A stretch of DNA of 64,000 bases from Bacteroidales bacterium (GCA_030596605.1 JAUVJI010000004.1:464-64463), one strand, 5' to 3'; positions 9,353-19,866 are shown, numbered from the stretch's first letter. Made by a program: numbers and translations. Notes: generated by a model from the letters alone, not told the origin.

Positions 9353-12300
9353 TTATTCAGGCACCTGAACAGATTTCCCTTCATTGGGCAGCCAGTAATC
9401 ATTTTTGTCTATATTATTAAGTTGGGAGTCTAAATCTAAATCCGCCGGGTAATAGCCTGACACTCCTGCCTCGGTTGACCAATGGTTGTCCTTATCCAAA
9501 ATATCTATTAGCCCACTGGCATTTGCATCTCCGGAAATCATTCCCCATTTTCCAAATGTAAGCTCAGTTACTGCATTATTCCCATAACTTTGTTCATTTG
9601 AAGTAATAAAATCATAATCATATAATCCCAGGTTTTCCTTTAATGCAAATGCAGACATAACACCAAGATGGTTTCTGTGTTTAACAACTACATACAAACT
9701 ATCGGAATAATAAAAATTGAAGGTAAGATTATTTGAACCGCTGATATCTGTTACTGTTCCATCCTTGAGTACAAATCCTGCGTGCGTTTCCCTTATTGTG
9801 CTTTCATAGGCCAATGCTGCTTCAGTGGCCTCTCTTAATTCAACCAACACCCAGTCAACAACTGATTGGGAAGGAATCGCAACAATGGATTCATCGCCTG
9901 TATAATTCCATGGCTCAGAGTTGTAAGGTTGTGTAAACGGGAAATCGGGTTGGCCGGCCAAGTCCGTATTCATTTCTAAACCATTAAATGGCCCTTCAAG
10001 TAATACCTTTAGGTCAAGAATTATATCACGTACATTGGATGCCCCTGGAGTAGGATTTGACATAATTATCCAGATCTCACCACCATCCGGGATTCTTCCA
10101 AAAGAAATATCAGTTGTTTGTGGTCCAAAAGTCAGGGAATCCAGCACAGTAACACCATCTTCATCATACACTCCAATCTGTTCGCCAGAAGCTGAGAGTT
10201 TAATTCCAAGATGAAGAACACCATCGTTTACATCCTCATCAGCCCAGAGCAGCAAAAATTCTCCTGGCAAAATCATGGTCGAGTCAAGTGCATCGTCTTT
10301 AACCTGATAATCGGTAGGAACCGAAAGATTATCCGTAATATATTTCCCTCCCATATTAATATATTGTTCGCCACCGTTATACAACTCAATCCAATCGTCG
10401 TATTCACCCTGCGGATCGGCAATAATGTTGTCATTGTCGGCCATAAATTCGTTGATATATAATTGAGGTGGTAACTTCACTGAGTTTGGCATTCCGGGAG
10501 TACCTCCAATCACATAACTTTCATGCCAGCTTTCGGGGAAGTTATTGAACAAAGTATCGTTTCCAAGTTCAAGGGTTGGGCCATAACCATCCGCCAATTC
10601 CGGCCACAGGCCAGCATCGTCATAATGGACCGAATCAATAAGCTCTAAACTTTCGTTGTACAACCTGATTACTTCTCCACCGCCACTTAAACCAAATTCG
10701 AAGTTTCCAAAATAATTATTCACTTCAGGAAAATGAGCTTTAAATTGTATGGTGTCTTCACATAACACAACATATTCACCTGGCTCAATAGTAATGTTTA
10801 TAGGTAATGTATAAGGATTGATGTCCAATTCATCCTTAAACACCCATTGTGAAATATCAATGGGTTCAGTGGAAATATTTTTTAATTCTATCCAATCCAT
10901 TGGATTAAAAGAGACAGTGGAATTATAGTTTATTTCATTGATCAGAACCGAATCCACCAGCTGGATCTTTTTAAACTTGGCTGTGATAAAATCCCCGGTT
11001 GTTAAGTTCAATAGCACATCTTCAACTGTATCTGAAGGCGTGACACTATTGTTGCTGAGAATCCATTGATCAAATTCATAACCTGGATGCGTATTGATTG
11101 CTGTCAGTTTATTATCGATTCCACCAAAATAGTTGCCCTGCCAGACAAAGTCCTCCAGTGTAAGTGAATTTAGTTGAACGATGCCCACGTCAGCCGGTTC
11201 TACATCAATTGAAATTGCATATGGACCTGTAAGGTTCCAGCAATTATTAAATCCAGTGGGAAGATAGCCATACCTGTTGTTTATAAAATTCCTGATTTTC
11301 TGAACATTGTTCTCCCATTCGGATACACTTCCTCCCCAACGGGCAACCTGGTTTGGTATCTCTGTAGCCATTTTAGCTGCAATGGTATCCAGGTATCCGA
11401 TCATTCTATCAGGTTGGAAAACGGTGTTATAAAGGTCAATATATCGCGTAATGTAATATTGCTCAAACTCAGGGTTGTCCATGAGCTTATTCAATACATA
11501 GATATGTTCTTCCGGGTCGTTGGTCAATCCTTCAGGGAAGCAGGGGGAGGCATAAGGGCTTATTTCCGGAACACCGGTGTAATTGATATAATGCGCAAAG
11601 GTGGCATCCTCATCCCATAATACATAACCCCATTTCTGGTGCTCTCCTGCCGGATCAGTTCCTTTCCACCAACCCACATTCCAGTTGATCCAGTCGGAGC
11701 AAACTACAAAAGAATTGATATGAACATAATCCACCAGGCTGGTGTAATCGTACTGTGATTTTACATAATCGAAATTAGACTGATTTGCCATATTATTGTA
11801 TTTGATGAAATCATGGAGCGTATTCCAGTCGTCCCAGGCCTCCTGCCCACCATATTCGGCCCAGCTCCATCCCCACAGCTTAAGATAATAGAGATGGTAC
11901 TTATCCTGGTCGTAATAATAATCTGTAAAATCATGATCACTCACTTTTTCGCGGAAACCATATATGCCCCAGTATATCCCGTTCACATATAAAACACCTT
12001 TTTCTCCCTTTCGAACATCCAGGTTCATTCCTCCTCTTTCAGCTGTATTTTGTACGAAGAAGTCCCGCAAAAGAGCGCTTGTATCAATACCGGGATAATT
12101 ATCATCGCCGGCTGCCCTGAGAATAATTCGTTGAAAATTTTTCCTATCTGTCAAAGGAATGATCGTATCCCTTATGGCATAATTGATACCACATTCATCA
12201 CGGGTAATGTAGTCGATACTTCGTTGATCGTGAACCCACGAATCCTGGCCATGCTCATTAAATTCACCATAACCATATGTGGTTCTTACTCCCTGTTCGT

Positions 12301-13183
12301 TAAAATATTCAAAAGTACCAAATGGCCTGAGTGATTGATTCCCATTTAAGAGATCGTCAAGTTGTGCTGCCGATGTTGACATTACAGCCAAAGAATGTGT
12401 AACATCTATAAAATAGGTATTGAATACCACAAGACTTTTTAATATGGAACTGTTGTTGCTATAGGTGCGGGCGATTAAAATAGTAGTTGATGTAATATTG
12501 ATCGGAGCAGTATACAAGGGAGATGCAGAGGTGGGTTCTGTTCCGTTAGTCGTATAATGGATTTCTGAATTTGGTTCATTTGTAGTTATTTCAACCAATA
12601 CAGATCCTGTATGAAATCCGGCTTCAACACTCATGATTGGCTTTTCAGCATACCCGGAATATACATTGGAAGTATTGTTTGATGCACCCGGAGTCTCCGT
12701 GGCAAATACGCTCCAGTTCACCGATCCATCAGTTGTCCGGCCACGAGAGTGTCCTAACCGGGTAATCTGAAGTGCGTGTTGTTCAAGGACCACTCCAAAA
12801 GGATTGGAGAACATAATGTATTCAGTATTATCCTTTGTTTGTGTTAGTTTGAAATTGGAGTGATAGTGTCCGCCTGATACCTCATCTCTTCCGGAGGTCC
12901 AGACAATGAGAAATCCACCCGGAGCAATATTAGAACCCGGAGGGAATTGCCATTTACCGGGATTGTTAAGTTTGTCACTTAAATAATAGTTGCCGAGATC
13001 AACAGTACTGGGTCCGGTATTATAGAGTTCAATCCAATCCTCGTATTTGCCGTAATTATCAGCAACTGTACTTAAGTTCGAGGCCGAATATTCATTGATT
13101 ACTACCTGACTGGACACAGGTAAATGAAAAAATCCAAAAATAATTAGGAAGAATAATGGTAAGCGTAGAGTCTTTGAATTCAT
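9353..13183 (-). CDS. Secreted CotH-kinase-family protein with three lamin-tail (LTD) domains and a dockerin-like C-terminus
   Basis: Signal peptide present. LTD motifs occur three times (VVINEYSASN...DWIELYN; VLINEINYN...DWIELKN; LYINEFMADN...DWIELYN). The CotH core reads ILRAAGDDN...LLRDFFVQNTAERGG...VLYVNGIYWGIYGFREKV. The C-terminus has D/N-rich Ca-binding-like repeats (GDANASGLIDILD...DLDLDSQLNNIDKND). Confidence 0.75.
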   Translation of the reverse strand: MNSKTLRLPLFFLIIFGFFHLPVSSQVVINEYSASNLSTVADNYGKYEDWIELYNTGPSTVDLGNYYLSDKLNNPGKWQFPPGSNIAPGGFLIVWTSGRDEVSGGHYHSNFKLTQTKDNTEYIMFSNPFGVVLEQHALQITRLGHSRGRTTDGSVNWSVFATETPGASNNTSNVYSGYAEKPIMSVEAGFHTGSVLVEITTNEPNSEIHYTTNGTEPTSASPLYTAPINITSTTILIARTYSNNSSILKSLVVFNTYFIDVTHSLAVMSTSAAQLDDLLNGNQSLRPFGTFEYFNEQGVRTTYGYGEFNEHGQDSWVHDQRSIDYITRDECGINYAIRDTIIPLTDRKNFQRIILRAAGDDNYPGIDTSALLRDFFVQNTAERGGMNLDVRKGEKGVLYVNGIYWGIYGFREKVSDHDFTDYYYDQDKYHLYYLKLWGWSWAEYGGQEAWDDWNTLHDFIKYNNMANQSNFDYVKSQYDYTSLVDYVHINSFVVCSDWINWNVGWWKGTDPAGEHQKWGYVLWDEDATFAHYINYTGVPEISPYASPCFPEGLTNDPEEHIYVLNKLMDNPEFEQYYITRYIDLYNTVFQPDRMIGYLDTIAAKMATEIPNQVARWGGSVSEWENNVQKIRNFINNRYGYLPTGFNNCWNLTGPYAISIDVEPADVGIVQLNSLTLEDFVWQGNYFGGIDNKLTAINTHPGYEFDQWILSNNSVTPSDTVEDVLLNLTTGDFITAKFKKIQLVDSVLINEINYNSTVSFNPMDWIELKNISTEPIDISQWVFKDELDINPYTLPINITIEPGEYVVLCEDTIQFKAHFPEVNNYFGNFEFGLSGGGEVIRLYNESLELIDSVHYDDAGLWPELADGYGPTLELGNDTLFNNFPESWHESYVIGGTPGMPNSVKLPPQLYINEFMADNDNIIADPQGEYDDWIELYNGGEQYINMGGKYITDNLSVPTDYQVKDDALDSTMILPGEFLLLWADEDVNDGVLHLGIKLSASGEQIGVYDEDGVTVLDSLTFGPQTTDISFGRIPDGGEIWIIMSNPTPGASNVRDIILDLKVLLEGPFNGLEMNTDLAGQPDFPFTQPYNSEPWNYTGDESIVAIPSQSVVDWVLVELREATEAALAYESTIRETHAGFVLKDGTVTDISGSNNLTFNFYYSDSLYVVVKHRNHLGVMSAFALKENLGLYDYDFITSNEQSYGNNAVTELTFGKWGMISGDANASGLIDILDKDNHWSTEAGVSGYYPADLDLDSQLNNIDKNDYWLPNEGKSVQVPE

Positions 13184-13528
13184 AAATTTAGTAGTATTTA
13201 AACTTTTATTTATTATTTTACACAGAGCAAATATACAACAACGATATAGTATATCAGTTAATAAAGTTGTAATAGTATAAATTTCATTCTATTTATATGC
13301 TTCTTTATTTTTTCAACTCCATGAAGAAAATTTCTCAATTTCCCATAGAAGAAATCCACTAAAATAAAAAATGGCAGAATTCTAATATGGATTTGCAAAT
13401 TTTTTGCCCTATTATTAGCGGCATGAATAACTAATGCACAGGTCATGTACTTACTATTTCATCAGATAATCTTAAAACCCCCATAATCTTACAGCAAATT
13501 TTAGTAATTTTATTCAAAATATTAATTA

Positions 13529-14803
13529 ATGAAATCAATAATTCCAATTGCCTTATTAGCTTTTTTACTTTCATTAAATCTTAACCTCTCCGCCTGGACA
13601 TCCTCCAACCAAGGGGTAAGTTATACCATGGATACACTTTGCCTGTTAAGCAATGATATTAGTTATAACTCAATTGATGAGATGTATGAGGTGGATTGCA
13701 ATATTGTTATTTTGGAGAATGATACATTGAAAATTCTTCCTGGGGAAACAGTTAAGTTTTTTAGTTATGCAATACCCTATATTGTAAAACGAGGCATTAA
13801 AATTTATGGATACTTAATTGCAGAAGGTGAAGCTGACAAGAAAATTCACCTTGGAGATCCTGAAGCTACATTCGCTACAGGTTCAGGTGATTGGTGGAAT
13901 GGGATTGAGTTTTACAATACCTCACAAAATGGGGAAAGTATATTGAAGTATTGCACTCTAAGAGCTGTAAAACATATTGATGAATTCAAAGAAACAGCCA
14001 TCTATTGTGAGAATGCTTCACCAATAATTGATCATTGTACTTTTATTTATATGGCCACGGCTACGGAGTCAAACGGATGTTCAGCCGTTGGTATTAAAGG
14101 CCAAAGCTATCCAATCATAAGTTATTGTAATTTCAAAAACTTCTTTAGAGGTATTGCTATCTGGTGCAATGTTTACGGATTTGGTCAGGATACAATTAAT
14201 TATCCTTCACCTTTAGTCTATGGTTGCAACGTTCATAGTAGTGTTGGAGGTTTTTATGGATGGCCATGTGATTATGATATCGTTGTACTTTACGGTGGAT
14301 TTCTCGATAATTGCTATTTAGGATTTTGGTCATACTATGCAGATACTACCCTGGGCAATCCTATTGACACAATTGGAGATGGAATTTGCACAACCACTTC
14401 AAACAACGAATTACAACAAAAGTACTACATGGTTGATGGAGTTGTAAATCCACGCGGAGACACCTTGTTAACGGACATAAATGAAATCGAAGTTGAAGTA
14501 TTACCCACCACTACACAATACCTCACATTAAATACCAATTTTCCTAATCCATTTTCTTCAAATACCACAATTGAATTTGGAGTCAAAAAACCACATGCTA
14601 ATATAAGCTTATTTATATATGATTCAAAAGGTAATTGCATAAAAAAATTAATTGATAATAAAAAATACCAGTCGGGAAGTCATTATGTCGTTTGGATGGG
14701 AGACAATGAAAATAGCAGCCCTGTTCCAAAAGGCATTTATTTTTACAAACTTTTTTCAGGAGATCAAATGTTGGTGAAAAAAGCCATTGTTGTTAAATCC
14801 TGA
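13529..14803 (+). CDS. T9SS C-terminal-domain cargo protein (paralogue 1), Cys-rich beta-helix-like
   Basis: Signal peptide present. The C-terminal sorting domain reads NFPNPFSSNTTIEF...ISLFIYDSKGN...GIYFYKL...KKAIVVKS. Confidence 0.6.
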   Translation: MKSIIPIALLAFLLSLNLNLSAWTSSNQGVSYTMDTLCLLSNDISYNSIDEMYEVDCNIVILENDTLKILPGETVKFFSYAIPYIVKRGIKIYGYLIAEGEADKKIHLGDPEATFATGSGDWWNGIEFYNTSQNGESILKYCTLRAVKHIDEFKETAIYCENASPIIDHCTFIYMATATESNGCSAVGIKGQSYPIISYCNFKNFFRGIAIWCNVYGFGQDTINYPSPLVYGCNVHSSVGGFYGWPCDYDIVVLYGGFLDNCYLGFWSYYADTTLGNPIDTIGDGICTTTSNNELQQKYYMVDGVVNPRGDTLLTDINEIEVEVLPTTTQYLTLNTNFPNPFSSNTTIEFGVKKPHANISLFIYDSKGNCIKKLIDNKKYQSGSHYVVWMGDNENSSPVPKGIYFYKLFSGDQMLVKKAIVVKS

Positions 14804-14835
14804 AATTTTGTAAATTTGAAGAAAAACAAGACAAT

Positions 14836-16104
14836 ATGAAACACTATAAATTTACTTTGCTTTTTTCCATTTTAATGGCCGTAAACCTTAACCTCTCAGC
14901 ATGGACATCCTCCAACGAAGGGGTGTGTTATACGATGGATACGTTAACTACATTAAGCCCCAATATATCCTATAACACAATGACAGGTATATTCGAGGTG
15001 CATGATAATATTATTATTCTTGAAAACGATACTCTGAAAATTTTACCAAATGAAATAGTAAAATTTATACAAGGTGCAATGTATTATTATGGTATAGAAA
15101 TATATGGTTGCTTTATTGCAATAGGCAATAAAGATCAGCAAATAATTCTGGGAGATCCTGAATACAATATTTCAAATGGTAATATTTGGTGTGGTATTCA
15201 ATTTTATAATACATCAACAAATGGTGAAAGCAAACTTAAATATTGCAATTTAATAGGTGCAATAAATATACCTGGAGATGAATGGGAAGGGAATGCGGAT
15301 GTAGGAATATTCTGTGAAAATTCTTCACCAATTATTGATCATTGCCACTTTAGCTATACAATTTCAGCATTGGAAACAGGAGGTGGTTCTGCAATTGCTT
15401 GTAGGGGACAAAGCTTTCCTATTGTAAGCTATTGTAAGTTTGAGCATTTATATAATAGCATTGCTATTTGGTGTAATCCATGGTATTCATTTGATACAAC
15501 CAATTATCCTTCACCTTTGGTTTTTGGATGTAATATTTTGCCGTCAGTTACGGGTTTTTTCTTTTGGCCAATTGACAATGATGTAATAATTTACCGTGGT
15601 GGATTTATAGATAATTGTTATCTTGGTGTAAATAGTTATTCCGCTGATACAACTTTAGGTTTTCCAGTTGACACTGTTGGTGATGGAATTTGTACTACAA
15701 CATCAACTTATGATTTACAACCAAGGTTTTTATTGGTTGATGGTGTTGTAAATCCTCGTGATACATTCTTAATAACTGGGCTTGTTGAAGAAGAAATTGA
15801 TCTACTACCCACAACTACAAACTACCTCATTTTAAAAAATAACTATCCCAATCCATTTTCAAACTTTACTACAATTGAGTTTGAAGTTAAAAGCAATAAT
15901 GCAAATATCAGTTTAATGGTATATAATTCAACAGGAAGGTTAGTCAAGCAATTAATTAAAAATAAAATCTATCATTATGGAGATTACACTATAAAATGGT
16001 ATGGTGATAATGATGCCGGACAAAAAGTTCCTAAAGGGATTTACTTTTATAAACTAATATCCAATAAGCACATGTTGGTTAAGAAAGCCATAATAGTTAA
16101 ATAA
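14836..16104 (+). CDS. T9SS C-terminal-domain cargo protein (paralogue 2)
   Basis: Collinear with the 13529..14803 product along its full length (LNLNLSAWTSSN, ILENDTLKILP, SPIIDHC, YPSPLV, GDGICTTTS, VDGVVNPR, GIYFYKL). 32-nt spacer between the two genes. Confidence 0.6.
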   Translation: MKHYKFTLLFSILMAVNLNLSAWTSSNEGVCYTMDTLTTLSPNISYNTMTGIFEVHDNIIILENDTLKILPNEIVKFIQGAMYYYGIEIYGCFIAIGNKDQQIILGDPEYNISNGNIWCGIQFYNTSTNGESKLKYCNLIGAINIPGDEWEGNADVGIFCENSSPIIDHCHFSYTISALETGGGSAIACRGQSFPIVSYCKFEHLYNSIAIWCNPWYSFDTTNYPSPLVFGCNILPSVTGFFFWPIDNDVIIYRGGFIDNCYLGVNSYSADTTLGFPVDTVGDGICTTTSTYDLQPRFLLVDGVVNPRDTFLITGLVEEEIDLLPTTTNYLILKNNYPNPFSNFTTIEFEVKSNNANISLMVYNSTGRLVKQLIKNKIYHYGDYTIKWYGDNDAGQKVPKGIYFYKLISNKHMLVKKAIIVK

Positions 16105-16138
16105 ATTATTAATATTTCTCATTTGTTTTATTCTTGAA

Positions 16139-16846
16139 TCAATGATACAATAAAAAAACAGCAGGTTTCTTATGCAAAGAAGGTTCTGTTTTTCGCCAAT
16201 CCTTAACTTTTTTAGTAATAATACTTTCGTCGTCACCTGTAATATTGCATGCTATACAGAGTAAAGTCTCCGAAGCGCACGCCTCAATAATACCCTGAAA
16301 CATCTGGTTGTTCCTGTATGGTGTTTCTATGAAGATCTGGGTTTGATCATATTTTTTTGCGTTTTGCTCAATCTCCATAATCTTTTTCTTTCTTTCCTTT
16401 TTATCAATGGGAAGGTAACCATGAAAAACAAAATTCTGACCATTAAATCCACTTGCCATTAACGCTAAAAAAATTGAAGAAGGGCCAATTAATGGAACAA
16501 CCTGAACATTCATTTGCTGCGCTATTCGTACAATTTCGGCTCCCGGATCGGCGATGCATGGTGTTCCGGCTTCTGAAAGTAATCCGAGATCTTTCCCGGA
16601 CGTTATATTCTTAAGATATTTTTCAATTACTGTTAGATCGGTGTGCTCATTTAAAATATGAAATTGAGTTTTATCAAAATCTTTCTTGTATCCAATTTTT
16701 CTAAGAAAACGGCGGGCAGTGCGTAATTCTTCTACAATAAATTCATCCAATGTAAGGATAATTTCCCTATTGAATACAGGAAAAACGTTATCATATTCTG
16801 TTTCAGATAAAAATGATGGAATAAGATATAAAACACCTTTCTTCAT
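16139..16846 (-). CDS. SAM-dependent methyltransferase, tetrapyrrole-methylase (RsmI-like) fold
   Basis: LYLIPSFL...LLSEAGTPCIADPGAEIV...GPSSIFLALMASGF... is characteristic of the TP_methylase family. 235 aa. Confidence 0.65.
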   Translation of the reverse strand: MKKGVLYLIPSFLSETEYDNVFPVFNREIILTLDEFIVEELRTARRFLRKIGYKKDFDKTQFHILNEHTDLTVIEKYLKNITSGKDLGLLSEAGTPCIADPGAEIVRIAQQMNVQVVPLIGPSSIFLALMASGFNGQNFVFHGYLPIDKKERKKKIMEIEQNAKKYDQTQIFIETPYRNNQMFQGIIEACASETLLCIACNITGDDESIITKKVKDWRKTEPSLHKKPAVFLLYH

Positions 16847-16861
16847 TATTTCAATACCAAT

Positions 16862-17818
16862 TTATGAACTTATCCATGGGATTTTTTCGAGGTCAATGTT
16901 CCCACCGGAAATTATTATTCCAACTCTCTTGTTAAGGAAATAAGATTTATTCTCAAGAATAGCAGCAAAGGGAACAGCAGATGATGGTTCGATAATGATT
17001 TTCATCCTTTCCCAAGTCAACTTCATCGCTTCAAGAATACTTTTTTCGCTCACGGTTAAAATTTCATTTACATGTTTTTTTATTATTGGAAAAGTTAGCG
17101 TACCCAGCGATGTAAGAAGGCCATCAGCGATTGTTTGCGGATTAATTGAAGGAATAAATTTATTCTGATAGAATGACCGATAAGCATCATCAGCGCCTGC
17201 CGGTTCAGCTGCGATTATTTTAGTTCCGGGAGAAACATAGTGAGTTGTTAAAGCAGTTCCACTAAGAAGGCCTCCTCCACCAACCGGAGCAATAATAATA
17301 TCTAATTGATCAATATCTTCAAATAACTCCTTGGCGGCAGTGGCCTGACCGGCAATTATTTGATAATCATTATATGGATGAATCTCTGTAGCACCTGTCT
17401 TTTGCCTGACATTTTTAAGTGTAGACTCTCTTGATGCCAGGTTTGGCTCACAAAAAGAAATTTTCCCTCCATAATTTTTTACAGCTGCTATTTTAACTTT
17501 AGAAGAATTCTCAGGCATCACAATGTATGCGCTTGTTTTTCTGAGAGCTGCCGCCCTGGACAGAGCTGCCGCATGATTCCCGGATGAATGTGTACACACG
17601 CCCTTTTCAATTTCCTTTTTTGTTAAGGAAAAAACTGCATTAATAGCTCCCCTTGATTTAAAAGCCCCGGCTTTTTGAAAATTCTCACATTTAAAAAAAA
17701 CCTCGGCCTTAACTAAACCATTAAGGTTGTCCGACTTGTAAACCGGTGTCCTGTGTATGTAACGCTCTATCCGTTTGGCTGCTTGCTGTATGGTATTAAA
17801 ATCAGGAGGATTATTCAA
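16862..17818 (-). CDS. PLP-dependent threonine/serine dehydratase (serine-racemase-like)
   Basis: PLP-lysine motif FKCENFQKAGAFKSRGA, SSGNHAAA, and glycine loop APVGGGGLLSG. Confidence 0.75.
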   Translation of the reverse strand: MNNPPDFNTIQQAAKRIERYIHRTPVYKSDNLNGLVKAEVFFKCENFQKAGAFKSRGAINAVFSLTKKEIEKGVCTHSSGNHAAALSRAAALRKTSAYIVMPENSSKVKIAAVKNYGGKISFCEPNLASRESTLKNVRQKTGATEIHPYNDYQIIAGQATAAKELFEDIDQLDIIIAPVGGGGLLSGTALTTHYVSPGTKIIAAEPAGADDAYRSFYQNKFIPSINPQTIADGLLTSLGTLTFPIIKKHVNEILTVSEKSILEAMKLTWERMKIIIEPSSAVPFAAILENKSYFLNKRVGIIISGGNIDLEKIPWISS

Positions 17819-17842
17819 CTTAATACTGTCAGTGTAAAATTA

Positions 17843-18337
17843 TTAATTTACGTACTCTTCGGAAATAGTATCCGCAATTTTGCGACAAGCTTTAGTTAAA
17901 ATATCATATGTTTCATCACAAGCTTCAAGTTTTCTGAAATAAGGATCAGGAACAGATTCGTTTAAACCCGGCTTGATCAGATTCATAACATAATCCAATT
18001 TAGCTTTGTCCTTTTCATTTCTTGCAAAGTATGAAGCATTTCTATAAGCCAGGGTGTCCATTACATAAATCTTATCAAATTTATCAAAATCATCCCTTGC
18101 AAATAATCTCACCTTCTTCTTTGAAAGATCAATTCCATGTTGTAACGCTTTACTAATTACCCTATCATCGGGTGATTCATTAATATGATAGACTTCAAAT
18201 CCCGCGGAATCAACATTTGCATCGATATTTCTTTCTTTCAATATAAGCTTTAATAATCCTTCAGCCAAAGGAGAACGGCACATATTAGCATGACATAGAA
18301 ATAAAACATTCATATCTGCCGAATTAAAACTTTTCAT
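17843..18337 (-). CDS. Low-molecular-weight protein-tyrosine phosphatase
   Basis: CX5R P-loop VLFLCHANMCRSPLAEG near the N-terminus, and a DP motif (VPDPYF) near the C-terminus. Confidence 0.8.
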   Translation of the reverse strand: MKSFNSADMNVLFLCHANMCRSPLAEGLLKLILKERNIDANVDSAGFEVYHINESPDDRVISKALQHGIDLSKKKVRLFARDDFDKFDKIYVMDTLAYRNASYFARNEKDKAKLDYVMNLIKPGLNESVPDPYFRKLEACDETYDILTKACRKIADTISEEYVN

Positions 18338-18423
18338 AATAAAAACTTAATCTTTTACTATATATACTAAACTCTGGTAAGATAATAAAAATTATTTAAA
18401 TATCCAAGAAATTTTAGTATTTG

Positions 18424-19866
18424 TTATAAAGTAATCTTCTTATCCAGCTCTTCAACGTAGTTTCTGAATTGCTTATCAGTTTCGACCAGATTATTAACGG
18501 TTCTACAGGCATGTAGCACAGTGGCATGATCTTTATTCCCACAATGAAGCCCAATAGTAGCTAAAGACGCTTTAGTGAGTTTTTTTGAGAAAAACATGGC
18601 TAACTGTCTGGCTTGCACAATTTCCCGCTTTCTTGTTTTCGAATTTATCGCTTCTAACGGTAATCCGAAATAATCACAAACAACTTTTTGAATATAATCG
18701 ATTGATATTTCGCGGGAAGTATTTTTCACAAATTTATCAATCATCTTTTTAGCCAGGTCAAGCGTAATTGCCTTTTTATTTAAAGATGATTGTGCAAGAA
18801 TGGAAATTAAAGCTCCTTCCAGTTCCCTTATGTTTGTTGTTATGCTATAAGCTAGATATTCAATTACATCTTTTGGCATTTCAACACCATCTTTGTATAA
18901 TTTCTTCTCAATAATTGCAATTCGTGTTTCCAGGTCGGGCACTTGCAAATCAGCTGACAGTCCCCATTTAAACCTTGATAATAATCGGGTATTCATACCC
19001 TCCATTTCAACAGGAGGTTTGTCAGAAGTAATTATAAGCTGTTTGTTATTTTGGTGCAGGTGATTGAAAATATGAAAATAAACTTCCTGTGTTTTTTCCT
19101 TCTTTACTAAAAACTGAATATCATCAACGATCAATACATCGATCATTTGATAAAAATGAACAAAGTCATTTTGACTATTATTTTTGACTCCATCAATATA
19201 TTGATTCGTAAATTGTTCAGAAGTTACATACAGTACGGTTTTTTCCGGGTAATTAGATTTAACTTCCAAACCAATTGCATGAGCTAAATGTGTTTTCCCT
19301 AATCCAACATTGCTATAAATCAGTAGTGGATTAAAAGCTGTTTTACCAGGATTACTGGCAACCGCAAAACCGGCTGAACGGGCTAATCTGTTACAATCAC
19401 CTTCAATAAAATTTTCAAATGAATAGTTTTCGTTCAGTTGCGAATTAACTTTAATCTTTTTAAGTCCGGGAATAATAAAGGGATTAGGAATATCCTTAGA
19501 TGAACCTTTGTTCAAATCAATGGGCATGTTCACAGGAGGATTGGAAGTTGCTATTTTATTTGACGTTGGAAAATTTACAGTATATGGGGGCGAATTATTA
19601 TATGAATTCTCCATAATAATACTGTATTCCAACCTTCCCTCGGTTCCCAATTCCTTTTTGATGGTTTTCTTGAGCAGTGTAATATAATGCTCCTCAAGCC
19701 ATTCATAGAAGAACTGGCTTGGGACCTGAATGGTTAATACATTGTCGTTAAGCTTAACCGGTTTGATTGGGTCGAACCAGGTTTTAAAACTTTGGTGACT
19801 TATATTATCCTTAATTACATTGAGACAACTTTCCCAAACTGCCTTACAATTTTTTTTCATTCGCAA
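18424..19866 (-). CDS. dnaA: Chromosomal replication initiator DnaA
   Basis: AAA+ Walker A (NVGLGKTHLAHAIG), Walker B (LIVDDIQF), and the domain IV DNA-binding helix (RQLAMFFSKKLT...IGLHCGNKDHATVLHA). Confidence 0.95.
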   Translation of the reverse strand: MRMKKNCKAVWESCLNVIKDNISHQSFKTWFDPIKPVKLNDNVLTIQVPSQFFYEWLEEHYITLLKKTIKKELGTEGRLEYSIIMENSYNNSPPYTVNFPTSNKIATSNPPVNMPIDLNKGSSKDIPNPFIIPGLKKIKVNSQLNENYSFENFIEGDCNRLARSAGFAVASNPGKTAFNPLLIYSNVGLGKTHLAHAIGLEVKSNYPEKTVLYVTSEQFTNQYIDGVKNNSQNDFVHFYQMIDVLIVDDIQFLVKKEKTQEVYFHIFNHLHQNNKQLIITSDKPPVEMEGMNTRLLSRFKWGLSADLQVPDLETRIAIIEKKLYKDGVEMPKDVIEYLAYSITTNIRELEGALISILAQSSLNKKAITLDLAKKMIDKFVKNTSREISIDYIQKVVCDYFGLPLEAINSKTRKREIVQARQLAMFFSKKLTKASLATIGLHCGNKDHATVLHACRTVNNLVETDKQFRNYVEELDKKITL

